The notes under the pieces are model-generated. The model had not been told where the DNA came from. It made no database searches and saw nothing but the letters and a program-made list of their open reading frames with translations. Position numbers and translations under genes: made by a program. DNA of 64,000 nucleotides, from positions 992,001 through 1,056,000 of the forward strand of contig CAXXDQ010000003.1 of assembly GCA_963664325.2 (NCBI GenBank), written 5' to 3'. Position 1 is the stretch's first letter; every line of letters starts with the position of its first letter. Below, piece by piece: positions 30,186-39,439 of this stretch. This DNA comes from Desulfomonilia bacterium. GTDB taxonomy: Bacteria > Desulfobacterota > Desulfomonilia > UBA1062.

Positions 30186-31622
30186 ATGAAACCGTTCTAT
30201 GATTTCCGCAAGTCCCTGGTTGAAACCGAACTTATAGAAGCCCTTGGCCCGGATCGGGTATCGACATCGCCCATCGACCGCTTGTCTTATTCCCGCGACA
30301 TGATCGTGGAATGGAACTGCCAGCAGCCCGAGGGTGAATTCGAACCTCCCCAGGCTGACTTCATTGTCTGGCCGAAAACAGCACAGGAAGTCTCAGAGAT
30401 AATAAAGATCGCTAATGTCCACAAGGTGCCGGTCACCCCCGAGTGCGGCGGTGCGCAGGGAAGCGGCAGCACCCTGCCCCTTTTTGGGGGAATAATCATC
30501 GACACCAAATCGCTCGATAAGGTGATCGACATTGATACTGAAAACCATACCGTGACCACGCAGACAGGGCTAATCTGCCAGGAGCTTGAAAGCAGGCTCA
30601 ACGCCGTGGGCTTCACCCTTAACCACCTGCCGCAGTCGCAGCATGTAAGCGGCATCGGCGGGTTCCTGGCCGCCCGCAGCGCGGGCGTCGTTTCCACCAA
30701 GTATGGCAAGATATCCGAGATGGTGCTGGGCATGGAGGTCGTACTGCCGACCGGCGATATCATGCGCACCAAGGCCGTACCGAATTCGGCGGCGGGACCC
30801 AACTTCAACCATCTGTTCATGGGGTCCGAGGGAACGCTCGGGGTTATCACAGAGACCACTTTCAAGATAAGGCCTCTTCCGGAAACCAGAAAATTTCTGG
30901 GGCTTTTGTTTGCCGACCTTCCCACAGCAATGAACGGGGCGCGCCTGATCATGCGGCGCGGCCTGTGGCCTGCAGCCATGCGCATCTCGGATGAACTCGA
31001 AACGCAATACTTTCACCACCACGATGCCGGTTCTGAAATGATCCTGATGTTCGACGGGTTTGAAGACCTTTGCAAACTTGAGCATCGGGAGGTTATGAAG
31101 ATAGCAAAAAAGCTCAAGGCGGAAGATCTCGGCGAAGGACCTGCAAAGAACTGGTGGGAGAACAAGCGGTTTTCGGTTGCCTTCCCTTCCAGCACTCACC
31201 CGCTCTTCGGCATTCCTACGCCAGGGTTCGTTAGGGTGTCGGGCTGCATCGATTCGGCGGGCACGTTCGACTATCTGGTGAAGGTCCAGCGCGGGCTAAA
31301 GGAGATCGTCGAGGGCATGCAGATGTTCCTGGCCGCGCACTTCTCACATTTCTATACATCAGGAGGCATGATTTACCCGACCTTCGTAGGCCAGCTGATA
31401 AAGGGCAGACAGGCAGCGCGAACGTATAACGAGGTCTGGCGCAGGGGCATAGAGCTGTCTCACAGTCTGGGCGGCACCATCAACCACCATCACGGGATAG
31501 GGATCAACCTGGGGCGTTTCATGAAGCTGGAGCTTGGCGAAACAGGGCTTGAGAATTTCCGCCGCATAAAAAAGGCCATGGACCCCAATAATATCATGAA
31601 TCCCGGAAAACTCGGGCTGTAA
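30186..31622 (+). CDS. FAD-binding oxidoreductase, alkyl-dihydroxyacetonephosphate synthase-like (VAO/GlcD fold)
   Basis: HLPQS, GGFLAARSAG..STKYG, GSEGTLGVIT, HFSHFY, GGTINHHHGIG and DPNNIMNPGK motifs. Confidence 0.85.
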   Translation: MKPFYDFRKSLVETELIEALGPDRVSTSPIDRLSYSRDMIVEWNCQQPEGEFEPPQADFIVWPKTAQEVSEIIKIANVHKVPVTPECGGAQGSGSTLPLFGGIIIDTKSLDKVIDIDTENHTVTTQTGLICQELESRLNAVGFTLNHLPQSQHVSGIGGFLAARSAGVVSTKYGKISEMVLGMEVVLPTGDIMRTKAVPNSAAGPNFNHLFMGSEGTLGVITETTFKIRPLPETRKFLGLLFADLPTAMNGARLIMRRGLWPAAMRISDELETQYFHHHDAGSEMILMFDGFEDLCKLEHREVMKIAKKLKAEDLGEGPAKNWWENKRFSVAFPSSTHPLFGIPTPGFVRVSGCIDSAGTFDYLVKVQRGLKEIVEGMQMFLAAHFSHFYTSGGMIYPTFVGQLIKGRQAARTYNEVWRRGIELSHSLGGTINHHHGIGINLGRFMKLELGETGLENFRRIKKAMDPNNIMNPGKLGL

Positions 31623-31658
31623 ATATGGTGAGAAATTCACTCTAAAGGAGATGAACGC

Positions 31659-32774
31659 ATGAGCGACCTGATAGAAAACACCCGGCTTTGTTCCGTCTGC
31701 TTCAAGATGTGCCGTGACGCCTGTTCCGTTGCCGCAGCAACCCGGCGTGAAGCCGATTCCCCGCACAACCGCGGGTTTTTCGCCTATCGTATCATGCAGG
31801 GGAAGGCCGACCTGAATGCCGATATCGTGGATTATTTCTACCGCTGCTCCATGTGCAAGGCCTGCAGGGAAGCCTGCGAAACCGGCATCGACACCGGCGA
31901 GATCATGCTGAGCGCGAGAAGCGGGCTTGAAGATTCCCTGATGCCGCCGGCGGTGCTGGCGAAAAAAGCTGATATCATTTCAGGCAGAATCAACCCGGCG
32001 GATTCGGAAGAAGTCAGTTCGATTTTAAAACCCTATACAGCAAAATCCGATGCGCGCACCCTGGTCTATTTCGGGCGAAGAATTCGTGCATACTGGGCGG
32101 ATACGGTACAGAGCACCGTGAATATTTTTGAAAAACTCGCCATAAATTTTTCCGCTCTGCCCGAAGATCCTGATACCGGGAAGCTTGCATATTTCCTGGG
32201 CTTTTCCAAAGAGGCAGCAAGGCTGGCAAAAAAATTCAAGGAGACTATAGAATCGCACGCGCCCAAAACACTTGTGGTCTTGTCGGCCGATGACCTGAGA
32301 ATGCTCAAACTGGAATATCCGAAACTGGGCCTTGATTTCAAAAACATGGAAATCATCAGCCTGCCGGAATTCCTGCTTGCAGTTCTCAAAGAAAAAAAGC
32401 CAGCGCTTGCAGGCTTCAAAAAAAGACGGGTCACATACCACGACCCCTGCGGGCTGGGCCGCGAGCTTCGTGTTTTCGAAGCGCCGCGAGATATCATACG
32501 CATGGTCCCCGGCATAAAGCTTGTCGAGATGGCTTTTTCCCGCGATCAGGCCCCGTGCTGCGGCTACGGCTCCGGGCTCGAGATAAGCCATCCCGAAATC
32601 ATGCGCGAAATGGCGTCCCGCCTGATTGCCGTCGCTCGCGAGTCAAAGGCGGATGTCCTTGTGACCGGCTGCCCCACATGCCGCAGCGTCCTGCTCGATA
32701 ACATGAAAAAGGGCGGGGATACCGGACCTGAAATCCTCGACATCCCGGGTTTCCTTGAAAGGTGTCTGCAATGA
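31659..32774 (+). CDS. Fe-S oxidoreductase with CCG domain (GlpC/GlcF-like)
   Basis: CSVCFKMCRDAC, CSMCKACREAC, TYHDPC, CCG and CPTC motifs. Confidence 0.88.
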   Translation: MSDLIENTRLCSVCFKMCRDACSVAAATRREADSPHNRGFFAYRIMQGKADLNADIVDYFYRCSMCKACREACETGIDTGEIMLSARSGLEDSLMPPAVLAKKADIISGRINPADSEEVSSILKPYTAKSDARTLVYFGRRIRAYWADTVQSTVNIFEKLAINFSALPEDPDTGKLAYFLGFSKEAARLAKKFKETIESHAPKTLVVLSADDLRMLKLEYPKLGLDFKNMEIISLPEFLLAVLKEKKPALAGFKKRRVTYHDPCGLGRELRVFEAPRDIIRMVPGIKLVEMAFSRDQAPCCGYGSGLEISHPEIMREMASRLIAVARESKADVLVTGCPTCRSVLLDNMKKGGDTGPEILDIPGFLERCLQ

Positions 32775-34435
32775 ACGAAGAATTGATATCATGGAGCGCG
32801 AAAGACCGTCCGGAATATCTTAAAAAGCTCAAAGAAACAACATTCGATGTATTGATCGTTGGAGGCGGTATCACCGGCGCGGGCGTTCTGCGCGAATGCG
32901 GGCTTCAGGGGTTCAGAGCGGCCCTCATTGAAAAGGATGACTTCGCGTTCGGGACATCATCCAAAAGCACGCGTCTGGCACACGGCGGGGTCCGCTATAT
33001 CATAAACGGCGAGTTCGGTCTGGTGCGGGAGGAAACGCACGAGCGCGACTGGATGCGCGGCGCCTTTCCCAACCTCGTGCGGCCAGTGCCGATCATCTTC
33101 GCCTGCTACAGCCTGAAGGAAGCGGTCACGGTCGGGATAGTGCTCACTATTTACGACGCCCTGTCAGGCTGGAAGAATTACCGCATCACGCGCTTTTTAA
33201 ACTTAGACAAGATCAGGAAGCTCGAACCGGATATGACCTTTAAGGGCATACATTCAGGATACCTTCTCTACGAGTGCATAACCAACGATGCCCGGCTTAC
33301 CGCCGAGGTCGTAAAGGAAGGGGTCATGCTGGGGGGAATGGCACTCAACTATGTGAGCGCAAAAGAGGTGCTCATGGAAAACGGCCGCGCCGCAGGTGTT
33401 GCCGCCCTTGACCGGGAAACCGGCGAGACCGTAACCATTAAGGCGAAAAATGTCGTTAATGCATCAGGGCCGTGGACCGACGGGCTCCTTCCCAAAGATT
33501 ACAACGAAGGCAGCCGCCTGATCAGGCCTGCAAAGGGCGTGCACATCGTGGTCAAACGCGAGGCGATAGGCAACCGCGGAGGGCTCTTTGTCAAGAATCC
33601 TGTGGACAAGCGTGGTGTCTTCGTGCTGGCCCACGGCGATTTTACCTATCTGGGGACTACCGACACCGAATATTCAGGTGACCTCGACAACTGCTACACT
33701 GAAAAAGAGGAGTACGGGTATTTCAAGAACATCACCAATGCGAGCCTTCCTGCAGCAAGGTTCGAACCGGAGGACCTTGTGGGCACCTATGCCGGAAACC
33801 GTCCGCTGGTGCACCAGGAAGGGCTCTCCGAAGACAAGACCTCGCGCAGGGAATATATCGACGAAGTGAAGCCCGGGTTTTTCGTGCTTACAGGCGGCAA
33901 GCTCACTATTTTCCGGACCATGGCGCTCAAGCTTCTGAATTACATGTCGGCGAGGGAAGCTTTTTCCATCACCGAACCCGACAGTAAAGTTTCTAAAAAA
34001 AGATTTTCCATTTCGCTTACAAAAGAAGAATGGAATAATCTTGTTCGCAAAACAATCGGTGACAAAGGCCCCGGGCTTGACAGCAGGACCCTCGAACACA
34101 TTTACCAGAACTACGGCAGAGGCGGCATCGCCATACTTGAAATGGTGCGGAACGATCCGTCCTTTGCCGAGCCCGTTACATACGATCAGCCCGACATCAT
34201 GGCCGAGATCGCCTACTGCATGGAATACGAGATGATCACGCACGTGAAGGACTTTCTGCTCCGCCGCACGAACCTCTCGCTGCATCAGCGCGAAAACCAT
34301 GAAGAGCTGGGCCGAAAAGTGGCCGGACGCATGGCGGCATATCTTGGCTGGAGTGAATCGCGCATCGAAGACGAAGTCAGGGAATATGCAGCTCTGGCCC
34401 GTAAGAACAAATTTTTCTTATCCGATAAGAGCTGA
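32771..34435 (+). CDS. glpD: FAD-dependent glycerol-3-phosphate dehydrogenase/oxidase family
   Basis: GGGITGAG, GTSSKSTRLAHGG, DARL, KGVH, GTTD and GGKLT motifs; ATGA overlap with the upstream gene. Confidence 0.88.
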   Translation: MNEELISWSAKDRPEYLKKLKETTFDVLIVGGGITGAGVLRECGLQGFRAALIEKDDFAFGTSSKSTRLAHGGVRYIINGEFGLVREETHERDWMRGAFPNLVRPVPIIFACYSLKEAVTVGIVLTIYDALSGWKNYRITRFLNLDKIRKLEPDMTFKGIHSGYLLYECITNDARLTAEVVKEGVMLGGMALNYVSAKEVLMENGRAAGVAALDRETGETVTIKAKNVVNASGPWTDGLLPKDYNEGSRLIRPAKGVHIVVKREAIGNRGGLFVKNPVDKRGVFVLAHGDFTYLGTTDTEYSGDLDNCYTEKEEYGYFKNITNASLPAARFEPEDLVGTYAGNRPLVHQEGLSEDKTSRREYIDEVKPGFFVLTGGKLTIFRTMALKLLNYMSAREAFSITEPDSKVSKKRFSISLTKEEWNNLVRKTIGDKGPGLDSRTLEHIYQNYGRGGIAILEMVRNDPSFAEPVTYDQPDIMAEIAYCMEYEMITHVKDFLLRRTNLSLHQRENHEELGRKVAGRMAAYLGWSESRIEDEVREYAALARKNKFFLSDKS

Positions 34436-34458
34436 CTGTTTTTTAAAGGAGCGTCAGG

Positions 34459-36009
34459 ATGAGTTACGAAGATGATCTGATCCTGGCCATAGACAGCGGC
34501 ACCCAGAACGTGAAGGCGGCCGTATTCGATCTGAACGGCAATCAGCTTGCGCTGTCGCGTATGGCGAACGAACCGGATTCGGCCCCTTTTCCCCGCTGGG
34601 TGGAGCACGACCCGGAAGACTACTGGAAGAAACTTTGCGCCACGGTGCGCCAAGTGCTTGGCGCAATCGGCCCCGGCATCGGGAAACTCAAGGCAGTCGG
34701 GCTCACCTCGCAGCGCGGCACGGTCATCCCCATGGATAAAAAAGGCAATATCCTGCGGCCTGCCATTATCTATCTGGACGGACGCGAAACTTTCGGGCTT
34801 CCGCCTTTAGGCGGCTTCTGGGGCCTCTTTTTCAAGGCCATAGGCAAAAAGAGCGCCATAGACTATGTGCGCAGACATTCGCGCTTCCTGTGGATCAGAG
34901 AGAACGAACCCGATGTATACAGCCGGACACACAAGTTCATGCAGGTCGCGAGCTTTCTTAACTACCGGCTTACCGGGCAGATCAACGAATCCATCGCCAT
35001 GATGGTGGGCATGTTCCCGATAGACTACACGAAATTCAAATTCTATCCGTTCAGGGGGATTCACGAGGCATTCGGGGTGACGCCGGCGATGCTGCCCGAG
35101 CTGATGCGGCCGCAGAGCATAACCGGCCGCATCACAAGGGACGCCAGCCGCGAGACCATGATCCCTGAAGGCCTGCCCGTCGTTGTTGGCGGCGGAGACC
35201 AGCAGTCTGCCATGATCGGCATGGGCGTTACCGATGAAAGGCATGCCTCCCTTGTGCTCGGGACGACCATCGGCCTCAATATCCCCTCGAAGAAATATAT
35301 CAATGACAAGGACATAATCTTCCTGCCCTGGCCCTCGGCGATCCCGGATGAATACATACTTGAAGTGGGTGTGGGCAGCGGCCTGCTGACCATATCCTGG
35401 TTCGTGAAGGAACTTGCAGGGCACGAAGCCGCGCTCTCCAGGGAACAGAACAGGCCTGCCGAAGAGATTCTGGAGGAGGCTATCCGCGACATACCGCCGG
35501 GCTCGCTCGGCCTGATGGTCCAGCCTTACTGGAACGCGCCGTTCCACCGGCCCGAGGCCAGGGGTGCGATGCTTGGCTTCTCCATGGCCCATACCCGCGC
35601 ACACCTCTACCGGGCGATTCTCGAAGGCATGGCATATGAGATCAGGGCCGGATACGAGGCCATCCATAAAGAGACCGGTTTTACTCTCGCCGAGATACGC
35701 GTTTCCGGCGGCGGCTCTCAGAGCGACATGCTGCTCGCCATACTGGCCGATGTCCTTGGCATACCGGCTGTCCGCACCAGAGTGGGTGAAGCAGGGGCCC
35801 TGGGTGCGGCCATATGCGCCGCGGCAGGCGCGGGACTTCTGCCCGATTTCAGGGCCGGGATAGAAAAGATGGTGCATGTAAAAGACCGCTTTGAGCCCAG
35901 TCCCGAGAACCGCAGGACCTATGAAACGATGTACGCTACCTACCGGAAAATCTATCTGCGGGTGGGGGACCTGTATCAGGAGACCGAAAACATTGCATCG
36001 GACAAATAA
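34459..36009 (+). CDS. FGGY family carbohydrate kinase
   Basis: AIDSGTQ, TSQR, GGGDQQ and SGGGSQSD motifs. Confidence 0.92.
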   Translation: MSYEDDLILAIDSGTQNVKAAVFDLNGNQLALSRMANEPDSAPFPRWVEHDPEDYWKKLCATVRQVLGAIGPGIGKLKAVGLTSQRGTVIPMDKKGNILRPAIIYLDGRETFGLPPLGGFWGLFFKAIGKKSAIDYVRRHSRFLWIRENEPDVYSRTHKFMQVASFLNYRLTGQINESIAMMVGMFPIDYTKFKFYPFRGIHEAFGVTPAMLPELMRPQSITGRITRDASRETMIPEGLPVVVGGGDQQSAMIGMGVTDERHASLVLGTTIGLNIPSKKYINDKDIIFLPWPSAIPDEYILEVGVGSGLLTISWFVKELAGHEAALSREQNRPAEEILEEAIRDIPPGSLGLMVQPYWNAPFHRPEARGAMLGFSMAHTRAHLYRAILEGMAYEIRAGYEAIHKETGFTLAEIRVSGGGSQSDMLLAILADVLGIPAVRTRVGEAGALGAAICAAAGAGLLPDFRAGIEKMVHVKDRFEPSPENRRTYETMYATYRKIYLRVGDLYQETENIASDK

Positions 36010-36038
36010 TTCATTATTTATTTCAGAGTGAGGTGAAT

Positions 36039-37397
36039 ATGGATACTATTGAAGAAAGAGACCGGCTAAACATTTCCACAAAAATATTTTATCTGTTCGG
36101 CGACATAGGCATATCCATGTGCCTGTCGGCCGTTGCGTTCTTCATCCTGTTCTATTATGCCGATGTGGCCAAGGTCGATCCGGCCCTTGTAGGAACGGCC
36201 CTTCTGCTGGGCAAGCTCTGGGACGCCGTCAGTAATCCGCTCTTCGGCTGGATTTCCGACCGCACCAAGTCGCGCCATGGCCGGCGCAAGGTCTATCTCT
36301 ACTATGCCTCGATCCCTCTGGGCCTGTCCTTTGCCTTGCTCTGGGCCATGCCCGAAGGCCTGACCGGCATCCTGACCACGGTCTGGATTATCGTCACATT
36401 CCTTTTGTACTACACATTCGACAACATCGTAGGGGTATCCTACTATGCCATGACCCCGGAGCTCACGCGCGACTATGATGAGCGCACCAGCCTGACGACC
36501 TTCCGCATGATCGGCGGCACCGTGGGCTACATGGCAGGCGCCGCCCTGCCGCCGTTTATCGCGGGGCTGTTCGCAACCGGAAAGATCGGGTGGAGGATGA
36601 TGGGGATCATGTTCGCGGTTTTTGCCATTATGTGCCTATATATAACGGCCTTCGGGGTCAAACAGCGCAAAGAGCTGGAAGGCCCGCCCTCCACGCTGCC
36701 GGTCTTGCCTTCCATCATCACCTGTTTCAAGAACAAGCCGTATGTGTATCTGATCATTCAGGGCCTTTTTACAGGCATCAGCTTTGTCCTGGTGATGTCG
36801 TACATGGCCTTTTACCTCACCTACCAGCTCAACATGAAGGACAAGATACCGGTCATGATGGTCCTGCTGCTGGCGACGATAGGCGTTTTTCTCTTTCTCT
36901 GGAAGTGGATCACCGACAAATGGGCCAAGGGCCCGACCTATGCACTGGGTCTGTTCATCGCTTTCGGCGCCACCGCGTTATCGTTCTTTTTGCCGCAGGG
37001 CGGCAGCTTCTGGATCTACCCTATTGTCTTCGTGGCCGGGTTCGGATTCTCCGCACAGTGGGTGCTGCCCTGGTCGATCATACCGGATGTGATCGAATAC
37101 GACGAGCTGATCACCGGAGAGAGGCGCGAAGGGATCTACTATGGGGTCAAGGGTCTGACCGACAAGGTTGCCTGGGCCCTTGGGCTTTTTGTAGGCGGCT
37201 GGGTGCTGAAGCTCTTCGGCTTTGTGCCTGAAGCCGCACAGAGCGCGAAATCTCTGCTTGGAATCCGGCTCTTTTTCGGCCCGATCCCGGCGCTCGTGAC
37301 ATTCATCAGTCTGCCGCTCCTGATCTGGTTTCCCATAAACCGCAAAACCCATGCCGAAATACTGGCCAAGCTGAAGCTCAAAAAGGGCGAGAGCTAA
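36039..37397 (+). CDS. MFS transporter, glycoside-pentoside-hexuronide (MelB/Mfsd2-like) family
   Basis: WDAVSNP..G..SDRT, PELTRDYDERT and DVIEYDE..TG.RREG motifs. Confidence 0.9.
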   Translation: MDTIEERDRLNISTKIFYLFGDIGISMCLSAVAFFILFYYADVAKVDPALVGTALLLGKLWDAVSNPLFGWISDRTKSRHGRRKVYLYYASIPLGLSFALLWAMPEGLTGILTTVWIIVTFLLYYTFDNIVGVSYYAMTPELTRDYDERTSLTTFRMIGGTVGYMAGAALPPFIAGLFATGKIGWRMMGIMFAVFAIMCLYITAFGVKQRKELEGPPSTLPVLPSIITCFKNKPYVYLIIQGLFTGISFVLVMSYMAFYLTYQLNMKDKIPVMMVLLLATIGVFLFLWKWITDKWAKGPTYALGLFIAFGATALSFFLPQGGSFWIYPIVFVAGFGFSAQWVLPWSIIPDVIEYDELITGERREGIYYGVKGLTDKVAWALGLFVGGWVLKLFGFVPEAAQSAKSLLGIRLFFGPIPALVTFISLPLLIWFPINRKTHAEILAKLKLKKGES

Positions 37398-37731
37398 TCA
37401 TTATCCTTCCCCTGTCGAATTTAAAAGATCCCCGGCTTTGTCAGGGGGCTTAAGAAATACATAGACGGTCCCACCCGTTTATTCCGGAAAAATATCAGGC
37501 CAAAATACACGTTGGACAACATGCGTCCAGGAATGATGCCTGTAATTATCTCATGGTTTAATTCACAAAGGCGATTTAACCGTACCAGACACCTTTTTGA
37601 TATCACAGGCAGATAACAAGCTTTACAAAAAAGTCTGAGGCAGGTTTATCAATGTTGTCTGAAAGTGTAGATAACGTGATAAAATCTATGGTTCGTAGAT
37701 AAGCTCAAAGACTGTATATATCTTCTGGATG

Positions 37732-37761
37732 TGAGCCGTCCGCTGGATTAGCTTGTTGGCT
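37732..37761 (-). other. Truncated attC site (5' half only)
   Basis: AGCCAAC-AAGCT-AATCCAG-CGGACGGCTC; R'' AGCCAAC is the exact complement of the GTTGGCT that opens this cassette; no complementary half follows. Confidence 0.65.
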
Positions 37762-37824
37762 GCTTTGCCTATCCTTGCTCGGTGCCTGGCAGATCTTCCA
37801 ATATATGCGTTCGTTGCATCAAAA

Positions 37825-38535
37825 TTATGTTGGTTCCCGGTCGAGTGCTGCTTTCTTGGCAGCATCTTTTTCGGATGCACTAAGGCCCAATCGATCGACA
37901 CACCTTTCACAAATGAGCCATCCGAAAGATTGTGTTATCGAGGCCTCCTTCATCTCAGCGAAGAAATCTTGCATAGCACCTGTCTTTTGCATAGTTGCGT
38001 CATCTACATAATACCCATCGCCAAATGAAATGGGGTACGAAGAACCCCAAAAGGTTCCATGTGTATTGCAGCAGTATGCTTTCTTGCTTGTTATTTCTTT
38101 GGCCTGCAATGAAGCGTGCACAGAGGCCGCAAAAGGAAGTGCAGGATCCTTAGCATCCAATTTTGGCTCTGTGCCGAATACTGTTTCCCATGCCTTCTGA
38201 GCGGCAGCGAATGCGGGAGGAAATTCTGCAGTACCGAAGTAGGAGGGAAGCTTGCCTGTTTGCTGCCATGTCTGAAAATACTGGCGAGCCTTGGACTTGT
38301 CTACAGAAAACATGTCAATGCAGGACGCACATAATACCCATCCGGTATTGTCGGCAGCCCTACCGAATACATAGGAAGCGAGTTTCTCGCCGTGTTCGCC
38401 AACATACTCGACCTGCTGAGGATAATAGTACCGAAAGAAGAACTCCCAATAGTTTACGTTGGTAACTACTTCAGTTGTTGACAGCATATAGGAACTGTCT
38501 TGCGCTAAGTCCATAGAACAAACATCACATCCCAT
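37825..38535 (-). CDS. Integron cassette protein, hypothetical, with repeated Cys motifs
   Basis: ATG at 38535 after AAGGAGG just downstream of attC R'; CDVC, GWVLCASC and GWLICERC. Confidence 0.7.
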   Translation of the reverse strand: MGCDVCSMDLAQDSSYMLSTTEVVTNVNYWEFFFRYYYPQQVEYVGEHGEKLASYVFGRAADNTGWVLCASCIDMFSVDKSKARQYFQTWQQTGKLPSYFGTAEFPPAFAAAQKAWETVFGTEPKLDAKDPALPFAASVHASLQAKEITSKKAYCCNTHGTFWGSSYPISFGDGYYVDDATMQKTGAMQDFFAEMKEASITQSFGWLICERCVDRLGLSASEKDAAKKAALDREPT

Positions 38536-38554
38536 GCGTATCCCCCTCCTTTCC

Positions 38555-38679
38555 AGCCAACGATCAAGCTGAGGCACAGCCACCAGAGGCCGACTCCGAA
38601 ATGGAACCGCGACAATCAAATTCCTGAACCGCTCCCACTCACCGGGGCGGTGGCTGTTGCCTCCAGCGCCTTGTTCGGC
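38555..38679 (-). other. Integron attC recombination site (125 bp)
   Basis: R'' GCCGAAC, L'' GCTGGAG, L' CTCAGC, R' GTTGGCT; GCTGGAGGCAACAGCCACC pairs with GGTGGCTGTGCCTCAGC leaving two extrahelical bases. Confidence 0.9.
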
Positions 38680-38682
38680 GTC

Positions 38683-39123
38683 TTACTCATTGATGAACAA
38701 CGCGTAAATTAGGTGACCGCCATCAGTTACTGGGTCACGCAGAGCAACGCGTTGGCCTGCGCGTATCACTAGATCAGTCTGGGATTTAGCCCTCGCGAGT
38801 TCACTTAAAGTGATGAACATTTCACCCTTCTTGACTAGGTCGAACAGGGCGTCGCGAGGATTCGCAGTGCCTTTCAGAAAGTCGGCAGATACATTTACCG
38901 CATAAGCCGTAGGTCCGTCACAGACGAGTTCTGCGGACTTGGAAACAGTAAGCTGCTCGCAACTGACTGCCTTCGGCACGATCTCTAAATCCGTTGCGAA
39001 AACAATCGCCTTGTGGAGATCGTCCATGTCCCAGAGGATGCCTCTCTTGTCAAACGCCTTCTTGGCTGCCTGTGAGGCTGTCATTAATCTCTCGAATCCT
39101 TCGCGAAACTCGTTTTGGTTCAT
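38683..39123 (-). CDS. Integron cassette protein, hypothetical (first cassette)
   Basis: ORF lies between GTTCGGC (39142-39136) and its exact complement GCCGAAC 3 nt after the stop. Confidence 0.75.
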   Translation of the reverse strand: MNQNEFREGFERLMTASQAAKKAFDKRGILWDMDDLHKAIVFATDLEIVPKAVSCEQLTVSKSAELVCDGPTAYAVNVSADFLKGTANPRDALFDLVKKGEMFITLSELARAKSQTDLVIRAGQRVALRDPVTDGGHLIYALFINE

Positions 39124-39135
39124 GGGCGTTGTCCA

Positions 39136-39176
39136 GCCGAACTATTGATTATACTGCAGCAATTAAATGTTATCAT
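39136..39176 (-). other. attI-like site with overlapping cassette promoter
   Basis: GTATAAT-CAATA-GTTCGGC with no upstream attC half; ATGATA-N17-TATAAT points into the cassettes. Confidence 0.55.
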
Positions 39177-39439
39177 ACTTACCTCCCAACCGATCCGATG
39201 CTTAAAAATATCACGATAAAACCATTGATTCAAGCTATTATATGCTTTAATTTGTTTAAATATTAATGATTATACCGCTGAGAGATAATTGAGTTGAAAT
39301 ATTAATCATGCCTTATAATGTCATTCCAAAATAGCAAACAAAACTATAAAGTACTTTGCAAAACATTGAGCACTAATGGTGTCACCCATTAAAAGGTAGC
39401 TGTCAAGAGAGTAGGTTTCTCCGTTAGCAGAGGCGTTGG

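Noticed and set aside
37582-37597. GTACCAGACACCTTTT as another IS target site
   Set aside because: It matches the right guide (AAGGTGT) but fits neither left guide well
37611-37660. Third attC-like site (AGACAAC...GTTATCT on the minus strand)
   Set aside because: Only the outer boxes pair; it is about 50 bp, lacks convincing L boxes, and has no associated ORF
38536-38619. N-terminal extension of ORF 37825-38619
   Set aside because: It runs through the attC site; the better start is ATG 38535 after AAGGAGG
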